Below are positions 23,691 through 35,339 of a stretch of 64,000 nt of DNA, one piece after another. Numbering within the stretch: position 1 is the first letter of the stretch; every line of letters begins with the position of its first letter. Below the pieces are notes generated by a model that ran no database searches, had not been told where the DNA came from, and was given only the letters and a program-made list of their open reading frames with translations. A program made the position numbers and the translations under genes. Location: assembly GCA_002269645.1 (NCBI GenBank), contig NIVC01001603.1:1-64000 (forward strand), read 5' to 3'. This DNA is from Macrostomum lignano. Its lineage: Eukaryota.

Positions 23691-24277
23691 TTTAGAAGTT
23701 TTGTGTTTTTAAGGTGTTTTAATAAAAAAAAATCTTTTTTGCCCTACTAAGATTCGAACCCAAGTCGCTACATTAGCATTCCAGTCTGTTCGCATCTGGG
23801 CTATCTTTTTCAATTGGAGAACATAAATTGTGGCCCTTATAATTCAATTCTTACAGCAAGTCAATTGGAGTAAAAAGTTATGACATAATCAATTTCTCAG
23901 TCAGCCAGAATCAGTCTCAATTTAAGTTGCCAATATGGTTACGCAATTTCATTCAAGTCGTGTGTGCATTTCTTTGACACTGTTTTCAACTTGTTGTGAT
24001 GCAATCTTTATCACAATCGGAATTCAGCCAGTCAGTTTTTTCTCTAGCATTCTTACAATGCATTTCAAGTCGAAAATTTTGCTTGACCTTTGCAAAAAAG
24101 CAGGTTTTTCGAATATTTAATCCCTTTAACATTGAGCAATTTCTTAGCCAGGATGCATGTACCGTCCCAGGAAAATTTCTGATCGAATGGTGCAAGTTTG
24201 AAGAAAATCGGTTGAGCCAATTTTTCTGAAATCTATCGCATACCTACCCACAGACAACTCATTTTTAGTATATTGGA

Positions 24278-27081
24278 CTAGCAATCTTCGCCCCCCGTTG
24301 GGGGACATCTGTATAGAATCTCTGTTCTCTACAAGTAACAAAAAGATAGCGAAATAAAGCCTTCACAAAGAAAACAGACAAAATACTCAAATGAAGTGCA
24401 ATGCAAAAAGAAATCATCGCAAGACAGCAAGCATCCCCCACATAGCAAGCATCCCCCAGATTGCAAGCATCCCCCGGATAGCAAGCATCCCCAGATAGCA
24501 AGCATCACCCAAATAGCAAGCATCCCCCAGATAGCAAGAATCCCCAGATAGCAAGCATCCCCCAGATAGCAAGCATCCCCCAGATAGCAAGCATCCCCCA
24601 GATAGCAAGCATCCCCCAGATAGCAAGCATCCCCCAGATAGCAAAAGCATCCCCCAGATAGCAAGCATCCCCCAGATAGCAAGCATCCCCAGATAGCAAG
24701 CATCCCCCAGATAGCAAGCATCCCTCAGATAGCAAGCATCCCCAGATTGCAAGCATCCCCCAGATAGCAAGCATCCCCAGATAGCAAGCATCCCTCAGAT
24801 AGCAAGCATCCCCCAGATAGCAAGCATCCCCCAGATTGCAAGCATCCCCCAGATAGCAAGCATCCCCCAGATAGCAAGCATCCCCAGATTGCAAGCATCC
24901 CCCGGATAGCAAGCATCCCCAGATAGCAAGCATCCCCCAAATAGCAAGCATCCCCCGGATAGCAAGCATCCCCCAGAAAGCAAGCATCCCCCAGATAGCA
25001 AGCATCCCCCAGATAGCAAGCATCCCCAGATTGCAAGCATCCCCAGATAGCAAGCATCCCCAGATAGCAAGCATCCCCCAGATAGCAAGCATCCCCCAGA
25101 TAGCAAGCATCCCCCAGATAGCAAGCATCCCCAGATAGCAAGCATCCCCCAGATAGCAAGCATCCCTCAGATAGCAAGCATCCCCCAGATAGCAAGCATC
25201 CCCAAATAGCAAGCATCCACCAGACAATAAGTAGCTAGTGCGACAATTTCCTTAGCATTATAGTGGCTTCTTTAAAATTCGCTCACTTTTACGTTTGAAA
25301 TTGTGTATCTTTTATGTTTGACATGGTGGCTCTTTTATGTTTGAAATGAAGTCACTTATATGTTTGACATGGTGAATCTTTTAAATGTTTTACAGGTTGG
25401 CTCTTTAATTTTCAACATGGTGGCTCTTTTATGTTCGACATAGTGGCTCCTTTATGTTCGACATGGTGGCTCTTTTATGTTATACATGGTGGTTCTTTTA
25501 TGTTCGACATGGCGGCTCCTTTATGTTCGACATGGTGGCTCTCTAATGTTTGACATGGTGGCTCCTTAATGTTTGACATAGTGGCTCTTTAATATTCAAC
25601 AAAGTGGCTCTTTAATGTTTGACATAATGACTTTTTAATGTTCAAAATGGTGGCTCTTTAATGTTTGACATGGTGGCTCTTTAATGTTTGACATGGTGGC
25701 TCTTTAATGTTCGACACGATGGCACTTTAATGTTTGACATGGTGGCTCTTTAATGTTCGACATGGTAGCTCTTTAATGTTCGAAATGTTTTTTTTTGTTT
25801 TACAGTGGCTCTTTAATGTTCAACATGGTGGCTCTTTTTTGTTTGAAATAAAGTCTCTTATACGTTTGACATGGTGGCTCTTAAATGTTCGGCATGATGG
25901 CTCTTTAATGTTCGACATGAAGTCACGTATATGTTTGATATAGAGTCACATATATGTTTTACATAGTGGCTCTTTTATGTTTGACATGGTGGCTCTTTTA
26001 TGTTTGAAATGGTGGCTCTTTTATGTTTGAAATGGTGGCTCTTTAATGTTTGACATGGTGGCTCTTTAATGTTCGACATGGTGGCTCTTTACTGTTTGAC
26101 ATAGTGGCTCTTTAATATTTAACATAGTGGCTATTTAATGTTTGACATGGTGGCTCTTTAATGTTTGACACGATGGCACTTTAATGTTTGACATGGTGGC
26201 TCTTTAATGTTTGACATGGTGGCTTCATTATGTTTACATGGTGGCTCTTTAATTTTTGACATTGTGGCCCTTTAATGTTCGACATGGTGGTTCTTTAATG
26301 TTCGACATGGAGTCACGAATATGCTCGACATGGTGGCTCTTTAATGTTTGACATTGTGGCCTTTTAATGTTCGACATGGTGGCTCTTTGATGTTTGACAT
26401 GGTGGCTCTTTAATGTTCGACATGGAGTCGCGTATATGCTTGGCATGGTGGCCCTTTTATGTTTAGCATTTTGTGTTTTGAAGGTGTTTTGAACCCAGGT
26501 CACTACATTAGCAGTCCAGTCTGCTCGCATCTAGGCTATCTCTTTTTTTAATCTGAGAACATGAACTGTGGCCCTTTGAATTCAATTCTTACAGCAAGTC
26601 AATTGGAGTAAAAAGTTATGACATAATCAATTTCTCGGTCAGCCAGTATCAGTCCCAATTTAAGTTAGCAATATGGTTACGCAATTTCTATCAAGTAGTG
26701 TGTGCATTTCTTTGACACTGTTTTCAACTTTTTGTGATGCAATCTTTATCACAATTGAAATTCAGTCAGTCAGTTTTTTCTCTCGCATTTTTACAATGCC
26801 TTTCAAGTTGAAAGAGCTGCTTGACCTTTGCAAAAAAGCATGTTTTTCGAATATTTAATCCCTTTAAAATTGAGCAATTTCTTAGCCAAGATGCATGTAC
26901 CGTCCCAGGAAAATTTCTGATCGAATGGTGCAAGTTTGAAGAAAATCGGTTAAGCCGTTTTTTCTGAAATCCATCTCACAGAGACACACATTTCATTTTT
27001 AGTATATAGGATTTTTAGTATATTGGATTCTGGAATCTATCTCACACATACACACAGACATTTCATTTTTAGTATATAGGA
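24278..27081 (-). mobile_element. Non-autonomous Helitron, copy 2 of the tandem dimer
   Basis: Same termini (5' TCCTATATACTAAAAATGAAATG; 3' hairpin + CTAG). 18-bp array ~24422-25220, 23-bp array ~25310-26460. Stacked extra 5' ends at ~27000-27081. Confidence 0.85.
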
Positions 27082-27364
27082 AGCTGACGCCTTCTTATAC
27101 AACAGCTCAACTTTTGAAAGCGATGGGACTAAAAGCAATTGGAGCATAAAGTTAGAAGTATAGACTAAACAAATCGAACCCAGTTCTTCCTTAATTTACA
27201 AAAACTAGGATAATCCTACAAGCTCGCTGGTTAAAAAAACTCTCTGAATCTAACTTAACTCATGTTACTGAATCCAGATAAAAGAGAAGGCTTTTACGGT
27301 ATCTTTGAAAGCACTAAAATTCTGAGACTTGCTCCCGCATTTATTGACACACCTGTCGTCTAAA

Positions 27365-27655
27365 GACATTTAGCCCGGCCGCACGGCGACCTCAGCCTGC
27401 GAGAGCTGGAAGCAGCGGGAGGCCTGCTGACCCTCTCGGACGGAATCCCGTCCATGCTCTGCTCTCCGCTCAAATTCAAAACCAGCATTCCACCACGTCA
27501 TGAATCAAGAGACAACTGGAAACCCCATGAAATCCACTGCTTCACTGATGGGTCCCAAATCTGCATCGTGTTTGGAGGAAGAACTGAGGCGACCTACTCC
27601 CAGCACACCGGCACCTGCTCCACCGTCTTCCAGAACGAAGTTCTCGCCATCAGCT
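27365..27655 (+). mobile_element. Non-LTR retrotransposon RNase H fragment (I/Loa/Tad-like)
   Basis: EIHCFTDGSQ...STVFQNEVLAIS matches the FTDGS / TVFQAE..AI motifs of LINE RNase H. Confidence 0.7.
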
Positions 27656-27804
27656 TTAGACAGAGGCAGTGACACTAAAAGACACAAAAACACTCTTAGA
27701 CATAATAAACACACTATTTTGGATTGATTCAGCCCATCCCTCTGTCGAAGAAAATTTTAGAAATTCCAGATAATAGTTAAATAGTACACTCAACAGTCTC
27801 TAGC

Positions 27805-27969
27805 TAAGCAAGACTGGCGCAAGTACCCTACATCGTAAGAGGGTACGATCGTGCTGGCTTTGCTAGAGGGGACATCGCTCGTGTTATAGGACACTGTTCG
27901 ACAGCTATTGAGCGATATATTCAGTTTGATGCCCAAGATCATGTTAAAATATCTCATGCTCTTCAATAA
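27805..27969 (+). pseudogene. Crypton-like tyrosine recombinase C-terminal remnant
   Basis: KTGASTLHR[insertion]AGFARGDIARVIGHCSTAIERYIQFDAQDHVKISHALQ*: GH..Y catalytic tail typical of Crypton/DUF3504-type YRs. Confidence 0.55.
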
Positions 27970-28574
27970 GGTAGTCAGCCATCAAGTCCGCGTCTATTTA
28001 AACCGAGCCTGAACGCTTTGTTGAAGCTATGAAACAAAGCGACCTAGTGAGTGCTAAACCGGCAAAGAAAATTAGACTTAGCATCAATAGTGACGCCAAC
28101 ACTGTTGAAATACTTTTGAGTGATATTTACGGCCACTATACGTGACGCGAGGCGCTACAAGACGCTTCTATTTTTTACTATGCTAAACTTCCTGTTGTAT
28201 ACGGTTTTGTTATTTTAAATTTTTTTATATTGTTTAATTTTTGATCAGTTAAAATGTTAGCTTAAATTTGTCCAACTGTAGCAGGACTGAGAACAATGAC
28301 AACTGAGAAGAACTGGATGGTTCTCAGTCCTACACCGATAAATTACCATAGGAAGTTGTTGTTCCTCAGATTGGGAAAGAGGCGAGATCGAAATGCACTT
28401 TCTGTAGGATAATAAAAAAGAAATAGAGAATTCTTTCGTATATCTTCAGCAATATCGAAGAGAAAAAACATCTGCGTTGGGCAAACTGACTATATAGCAT
28501 ATGTATATGCAGGCAAGTGTGCAAGAGTTACAAGCGTGACGTTATGGTCTTGACATAAGGAACGCATAAGTACG

Positions 28575-28915
28575 TATAAAGTAAACCTAGGTAAACATGA
28601 CTGAAATAGGCAAACGTGAGTAAATAGGTTAACATAGGTACGTAGGTGAATATTTAGTGTAGTTGAATGAGTAAAAAGGCAAACATGAGTAGATAGGTAA
28701 ATATAAGTACATAAGTAGGCAAAACATTTTAGGCAAACATTTTGGAAATTTACGTAGGTAAACCTATGTACATATAGGTAAACATGAGTTAATAGGCAAA
28801 CTTGAGTAAACAGGCAAACTTGAGTAAATAGGCAAACATAGGTAAATCTTACATAGGTAAACATGAGTAAATAGGTGAACATGAGTAGATAGGTAAACGT
28901 AGGTACATATGTAAA
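28575..28915. repeat. Degenerate ~18-20-bp minisatellite (ataggtaaacatgagtaa-like)
   Basis: Direct reading. Confidence 0.75.
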
Positions 28916-28991
28916 CATTATTACAGATAACGCAGGAAAAGTTATTGGACAATTAGCTGTTAGTTTTATAGTCTGATATTACAAAATTATT

Positions 28992-29694
28992 CCTTTTTAC
29001 GTTCTATTTGATAAAAACTGCAACCAATTTGGCCACGGCTCAGCCTGACGCAGCCGCAGCAATTTTCCATAGACAGCCACCGCTAGCGGCAACCAATTTG
29101 GTAAAAACTGCGAGCTATTTTGCCAGCTTGAAGATAGCAGCTCAATAGCATAACAATAACGATAAAGAATGTTAACAATACATGCACGAAGTCAGAACAT
29201 TATGTCCTCAGCATTCAAGCACCGATTGAAGTACGTCTGGGAATGGTTGATCCAGCGCAGGCACTTGAGAGGCGTGAGAGGCAGTAGGTTGACCTTCGAC
29301 GAATTGAACAATGGTGTCCACCATAGCCTCCGTCAGCGCCATCCTCTTCACTCCTCCTTTTGGCAGAGTGCCAACTCTACCAGTTCGTTCATACGTGGTC
29401 ACGATGTTCCTCACTGTCGGTTTCTTCATCCCCATCATTCTGCCAAGCTCTCCCCAGTCGTCGCCACTCCTGTACGCTCTCACGATTCGCTCTCGATCCA
29501 GCTGACTTATCTTTTGGTACGGCCCACGATTCGCCATCAGAGCAGCTGCTATCTTCAAGCTGGCAAAATAGCTCGCAGTTTTTACCAAATTGGTTGCCGC
29601 TAGCGGTGGCTGTCTATGGAAAATTCTATGTCTATGGTCAGGCTAAGCCGTGGCCAAATTGGTTGGAGTTTTTATCAAATAGAACGTAAAAAGG
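28992..29694 (-). mobile_element. Internally deleted Tc1/mariner-superfamily element with ~150-bp TIRs
   Basis: Long inverted repeats (cctttttacgttctatttgataaaaact.../...atcaaatagaacgtaaaaagg). Inside, an N-terminal HTH (MANRGPYQKISQLDRERIV...TVRNIVTTYERTGRV...KGG) joins a C-terminal remnant (TPLKCLRWINHSQTYFNRCL). The DDE core is missing. Confidence 0.75.
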
Positions 29695-30435
29695 TATATT
29701 ATGGAAGCTATAGATTAATGGTATAATTAGATACCGAAATACCATGTTATAGTGAATGCATATATCAAGAAGGGAAATCTATAGGGGGACATCTATCTTA
29801 TAAAGCAATTTAGTCAAACAGCAGTGGCAAACTGGTACTCAATAATTCAATGAGGAAATTCAATGGCTTTAAATTGCATGGCGTTGCTTAAACATTTTTG
29901 TCGCCTATCATTTCGGTGCGTCACATATTCACCCTACCGACTAGTGGAAACTACGTAGATTTTCAAAAAAACGTTTTCAAATTTTTTTGAATTCTAAAAA
30001 ACAATGATAAAAGAATAAAAAATCCTACATTTCTGTGGCTTGAGTAAAGATATGATCGAATAAAACATGTTGCAGTCACTGATATCTAGAATAATAATGT
30101 ATATGTAGTATATTGCTACATTATTCCTAATATGTAGGATTTTTGGTTATACGAGTTGTATCGGCTTCGCATAACCTACTTGTTCTTATTCTTTGTTCTT
30201 AACCGTCTCTTTACCTGAGAATCTGGCACTCCCGTTCATCCCCCATTTATTCCTGTTAATTCCCCGTCGATCCAATTATTATTCCCCTGTGACGCTGTAA
30301 TCTTTCTCTCGGTTCCCTTGGCTTTGGTTTGCTGGATAAGTTTCTAAACAAACATTATATTTTGCTTTGGCTGTAATGAGTGTTACTTTCGGCCGCCACC
30401 CTATGCTCTCCAAATCCCCGATTAATTTCTAGACT

Positions 30436-32938
30436 TCAAGCGCATGTGTAGGGGATAACAGAATCAAACAGAATCTTAACGAATCCTTGGGCACTGTTCG
30501 TGTTGCCGCCAGTGGTGGCCACGCAGCCGCTACCGCCACAGAAGGAGCCACCGCCTCCGCCAGAAAGATCGTCATCAAGTCCGGCTCCGCCTCCGCTGTA
30601 GCCGCCACCAGCTCCAGCGGCACCTACCGCTGTGCTACCGTCGCCCGTAGCAGCTCCTCCGCCGCCACCGAAGCCGCCCAAGCCGTAGGAAGAGCCTTGG
30701 CTGGAGGAGCCGCCAATCCAATTTTCATACCTGCTACCACCTCCGCCACCATTTTCGTTACTGGTCGAAACGGCTGCTCTACCCTTCCAGCCAGCGCCGC
30801 AGCCACCGTAATTTTCGTCTGAGTCCGCACTAGACGGATCATTACTGCCCGGTTGTCCATTGATGCCTCCTATACCGATCTCAGAGGGCTGTATAAAATG
30901 GTTGTGTGTTGTCATGAGTAAAAAATACTCATAGTTTTAATAAGACAGTAAATTTATCGAGCATAGTTTTTTCTTTAGCTATATTTTTTTAATAGTAGAC
31001 CATACGTATCGTTATAAATAATTGTAACATTTAATATTCTGCAATTTTTACTATAAGAAAAATATCAAGAAATTACCTCGCTTGAGCCATAAGACTTTGA
31101 ACCGTTTCTTCCAGCCTGACCGGGGCGTCCTGAAGAAAATTTTTAAACCTTTTTTAGTGGATGCAAATAACTTTAGGTTTATTTAGTACCATTATGCGTT
31201 CCGGTGCCACAACACTATAAATATAACAGACTAGGCTCGTGCAGAGACTACGAGCTACCAAAAAAATTAACAAAATACAAATTAAATTTATTTCACCGAT
31301 CTACTCTGGAGATAGGTTTTCACCATGTACGCGTTAGCAATTCTTTTAACTTCAAAGCTGACGATTTTTTTTCATTTGTGAAAGCGCAGATGTTTCATTA
31401 AAAATAAACTTTAAAGCGTTCTGATTGTAAGTGTGAAATCAAAATTGTGCCTTAAAGTTTATATCCTTCGAAGTAAGATATTTTGGAATATTCTTACTGA
31501 TTAGTACGTATTGAAAAGGAAACTACTTAAAATGAAAAGGTAAACGAACCATGGTTGTCCCTGGAGGCTCCGCCGCCACCGCCAGCCGCCATGAGCGGCT
31601 CACTGTCGGATGCACGGTACACAAAACTTCCGCCGCCGCCGCCGCTTCCAACATGTTCGGATCTCGCGTGGCCACCAGCCTGACCAACGACAATGGACAG
31701 CACGCTTCCGGCCGTCAGGCTGACATTTCCAGCGACCAGGGCTCCCCTACCGCCATATTTTCCTTCGCCATAGTTGCTACCACCCTTGGCTCCGGCAATC
31801 TCAATTCGATAGCAGCCCGTCACGTTTATCCTTGTCTGCTGTATGCTGCCGTTTTGACCAGTGCTGGTGCCTGAAATTTGTTGTCAAATTAATTTTTACT
31901 TAACTATGGTTACAAAATGCTTTTAATACGAAAAGAAAGGCTTACTTGTGAAGAGAAGAGTGATGTTGGTGCTTAATATCGAATTAATCACAGCGTCGAA
32001 ATTCTTCAGCTTGAAAACTTCAGAGCCAGGCTCTGTCCCCAGGACTCTGGACTCGCTAGATCCTTTTGAGACAGTCACCGGCCGGCAAAGACCGCTGCTC
32101 GGTCGGTACTCGAGAGCAACGCAGTCCCTCATCCGGCACAGAGTCAGGCAACCCTGCAGGGATTCCACTCCAGAGATGTTACTGACTTGGCTGCTGACTC
32201 CGGAGTTGATCGTAAGGACACCATTGTGCTGCGTGTAGCGAGCAGGATTGCAGGATCCTGCAAAGCGATTGTAGAACGTTAAAGAGCTGCACATATGCAA
32301 TCTCCTGGTCTCTGCCTCTCCTTGCAGGACGCCTACTCCCCACTGACAGAAACAGATATGACGGGATGGTGTACATTAGCACCGCCTGCACCAGCTGTAC
32401 ATGTATGCGCCGCACGACTTGGCACTGATGCTTATCTGGTCAGCCCAAGTCACTGACACCGCTAATATTCACTTGACCCAGGGGCTAGTACACCCGGGTC
32501 CGCGGGCCACATGCAGCTCACAAAGCCTCTTTATCCGGCCTCGGGCCCTTTGAAACTTCACAATAGCAATCCGGCCTGCTTAGGGTTTGTGAATTGTGTC
32601 TATTCTCATTTCTCTCGGTCTCTCCTCTCTCTGCTTCTCTCTCCTCTTCTCTCCCCCACCCTCTTCTCTCCTCTTCTATTCTCTCATCTAATCTCTCGCC
32701 TCTACTCTCTCATCTCTTATCTTACATTTTCTCGCCTTCCACTCTCATCTGCCCCTCAACTATGAGCCGAATTCTTTACATGGTAGCTGGCGTCGTGATA
32801 CGAGAAAAAGAAAATTGCTGACTCTTAGATAATGCAGAATCCCCTATAATCCAAACCAATTGGCTTACCTTGGGCAGAATCGAAGCAACTACAGCGACAG
32901 ACCAAAAGCATTAACAAGCCGAAAATTATTGACTCCAT
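30436..32938 (-). CDS. Paralog D: secreted PAN/Apple-like + ALK/LTK-like glycine-rich domain protein (~402 aa), inverted partner of A
   Basis: Exons 32869-32938 (MESIIFGLLMLLVCRCSCFDSAQG), 31946-32257, 31550-31870, 31077-31129, 30436-30888. GT-AG, 1209 nt open. Confidence 0.85.
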
Positions 32939-34814
32939 TGGGAATTTTTAACGCGATCTTGCAAAGATATTTCCGGGCTTTCAGTAGGATACCTTCTATT
33001 TCTCATTTTTGAAGGAATTCTGTGTGGGTGTAAAATATTTTGCTGGTTGCTAGGGCAGCCACTCGCCATTGTCTCCCCTTGCTTTCCTTCCGAGGCGCCG
33101 GCCGCCCTTCTTACCTGGCCCAATCCTCAGCAAGGTTTTCTGAGCCCAGAATGCATTGGCAGTGTGGAGACGCCTCACTCCAGAGGCTGTAATTTTTCCA
33201 TGGAAAATTCCCAGTGACTGCATCGTCTTTGGCTTAAGCATGGGGATGGGTTGCCAGCTTTTCAAAACTCTCTGTTTGAAAAGACTTCTGACTGGCAGTA
33301 ATTTTAATTGGCAGTGGAATGGCTTAGAATAGGGGTCCCCAACCTTCTACGGGCAGCGGGCCGCATTGTTTAGCAATTTGACAATCATTATTCGCATTTT
33401 TTATGCAGAACAATCCATTACTACAAATTGTTTTAGGATCGTCAACTCCATTGACAACTGGCTTCGGGTGTTCGGGCCGCATGCAAGTAAAACATTGCAG
33501 TTTTCTTAGCTGCCATCGTAAATACCTTGAGCTTAGGACTTTAACCGGTAGCCTTGAAAACTCTTAGAAATTTAGTAAAAATCAATATTGGTTGCTTCTT
33601 GGAATTGCCCGACTCTTCAACGAGATAAGGAGTCCTAATCTCCCATTCTATCTATCTTTGTACTGTTGTCTGCTTTCTGTTTTTTTACTGAGGCCTATTC
33701 ACTTGCCTATAGCTTTTTCCACTTGGCTTACTGAGGCATGTTTTAAGAAGCAGTCGACGTAGCCCCTGACGTCTCACCATTGTTTTACCTGCAAGTCAAA
33801 TGACAAAACAGTAAAAAATTGTACCCCTCATGTGTCAGCACGTAAATTTTTTGCCACAGTAAAATGATTTCCATTCTAGAGGCTAAATTTGGCTTTTTAT
33901 CTCCGTCTTCTATTGTTTAGTCCAAAAAAGGGATTCGAGATTCCGGAATCACTCCACGTGCTGATTAAAAAGATATAAAGGTAATGCATATTGGAGAGAA
34001 ATGGTTAATTCTTACAGAGTGCTAAATAGTCCACTCGGATAAAATTTTGATTCACAGAAAGGGCCTGCTTACAGACCGTTAACAATCAAATATACTACTA
34101 TAACGAGTGAAAGGACAAATATTGCTATATCTTGGACGCAAAATTATGCAAACCACGATCCTAAGCGTGTACAACTATTTCTGCACAGTATCAAAGTGAC
34201 CGTGTGCAATCAAATTTCAAAAAAATATAATTCTATAAAATATAATTTTTTCTCTTTATTGCGACACCACTCAAGCACCGATACTTAGTTTCTGTTGCTT
34301 TGTTTTATTTTGATTTCTACCGGTAGAATCAAATTGGCTGGATGGGTTGTAGTTAAGCAGATGCAGAAGTTTGCGGTGCAGGGCGTTTCATTTGGGCTAG
34401 CAAGAGTGTTCAATGTCTCAATCATCACTTCCATCACCTTTGAATCCTTATTTTATCATCATTGTACATAGGGGCACCGCGATGAAGCATTAACAATGGT
34501 CCTTGCTGCACGACGTCAGCGCGTAACGCGCACTCGTGTTTGGCCAGTATTTCACTCCGTTACCTACTATACAGCCCACCATTGTTAAGTTTAGCATTTG
34601 AATTGGCTTGCTTAACTGTGTAGAATACGGAAACGAACTCGTTCGGCTCGCTGGTGCTAATGCGCGGTCGAAGTTCAATGCTGGATTCCAGAACGATGGG
34701 TTCAATAACTTTGCGCTCTCCAACTCTGAGTACGACTGAGTACGACTCAGTACGGTAGTACGACTCAGTACGGCAGTACGACTCAGTACGGCAGTACAAC
34801 TCAGTACGGCAGTA

Positions 34815-35335
34815 AGACTCAGTACGACTCGCGCGGATGATGTGGCCTGCCAGCTGGAGTCGCCGACGGCGCAACAGGTCGCTTGGATGGACCAGGCCGG
34901 CACGGTGATACAAAGCCGCGTTAATCACTCGCTCGTAGCCGCAATCGTCAAGCAGGCCAGCATGCGCCGCGGCAACTTGTTGCTCGAGCGACTCTGTCAG
35001 CGTCCAGGTTTCGGCGTTGTACAGCAGGATGGTCTCAAACATAGGGTCAGATAGGGCCGCGAATTGCAGGACTGCCCTCACAGAGCGAAAAGCAAGCCCG
35101 CGGCGTCGCGGACGCGCAAATCATCACCGCCAGAACCAGACCGTCGGGATGGACGAACTGCTGACAACGCGGAAGCTCTGTCGCTTGTCCATCAGCGCCC
35201 CGGCACAAAATCACAGCCTCGATGTCATCTGGCACGCACAGCAGGACAGTTTTCTGCATGTTGACCGCCAGGAAGCACCGAACGAGAAGCTGTCCGCTGC
35301 TACGTTGTATGCCAGCCGTCTGCCGGAAATTTGCA
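34815..35335 (-). mobile_element. RTE-clade LINE RT end / C-terminal fragment
   Basis: ADD...VNMQKT...LPRCQQFV... and ETILLYNAETWTLTESLEQQV...RRRRLQLAGHIIRA. Terminates in a (cagtacgact)-type repeat at ~34730-34830. Confidence 0.8.
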
Positions 35336-35339
35336 TCAT

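Larger units (their letters stand above)
20467..24277 (-). mobile_element. Non-autonomous Helitron, copy 1 of a tandem dimer
   Basis: Minus-strand 5' end TCCAATATACTAAAAATGAG...; 3' end GC hairpin ccccca-ac-gggggg followed by gaagattgCTAG. Internal 23-bp array (~21195-23690) and 18-bp array (~20600-21115). Confidence 0.85.

Noticed and set aside
20409-25227. Long ORFs such as (MLAIWG)n, (GGCLLS)n and (DSKHPP)n
   Set aside because: Artefacts of an 18-bp (multiple of 3) minisatellite inside Helitrons; also applies to 63459-63822.
32337-32376. Alternative first exon MYTIPSYLFLSVG for paralog D
   Set aside because: Absent from A. A better signal-peptide exon conserved in both A and D lies at 32869-32938 / 1586-1655.
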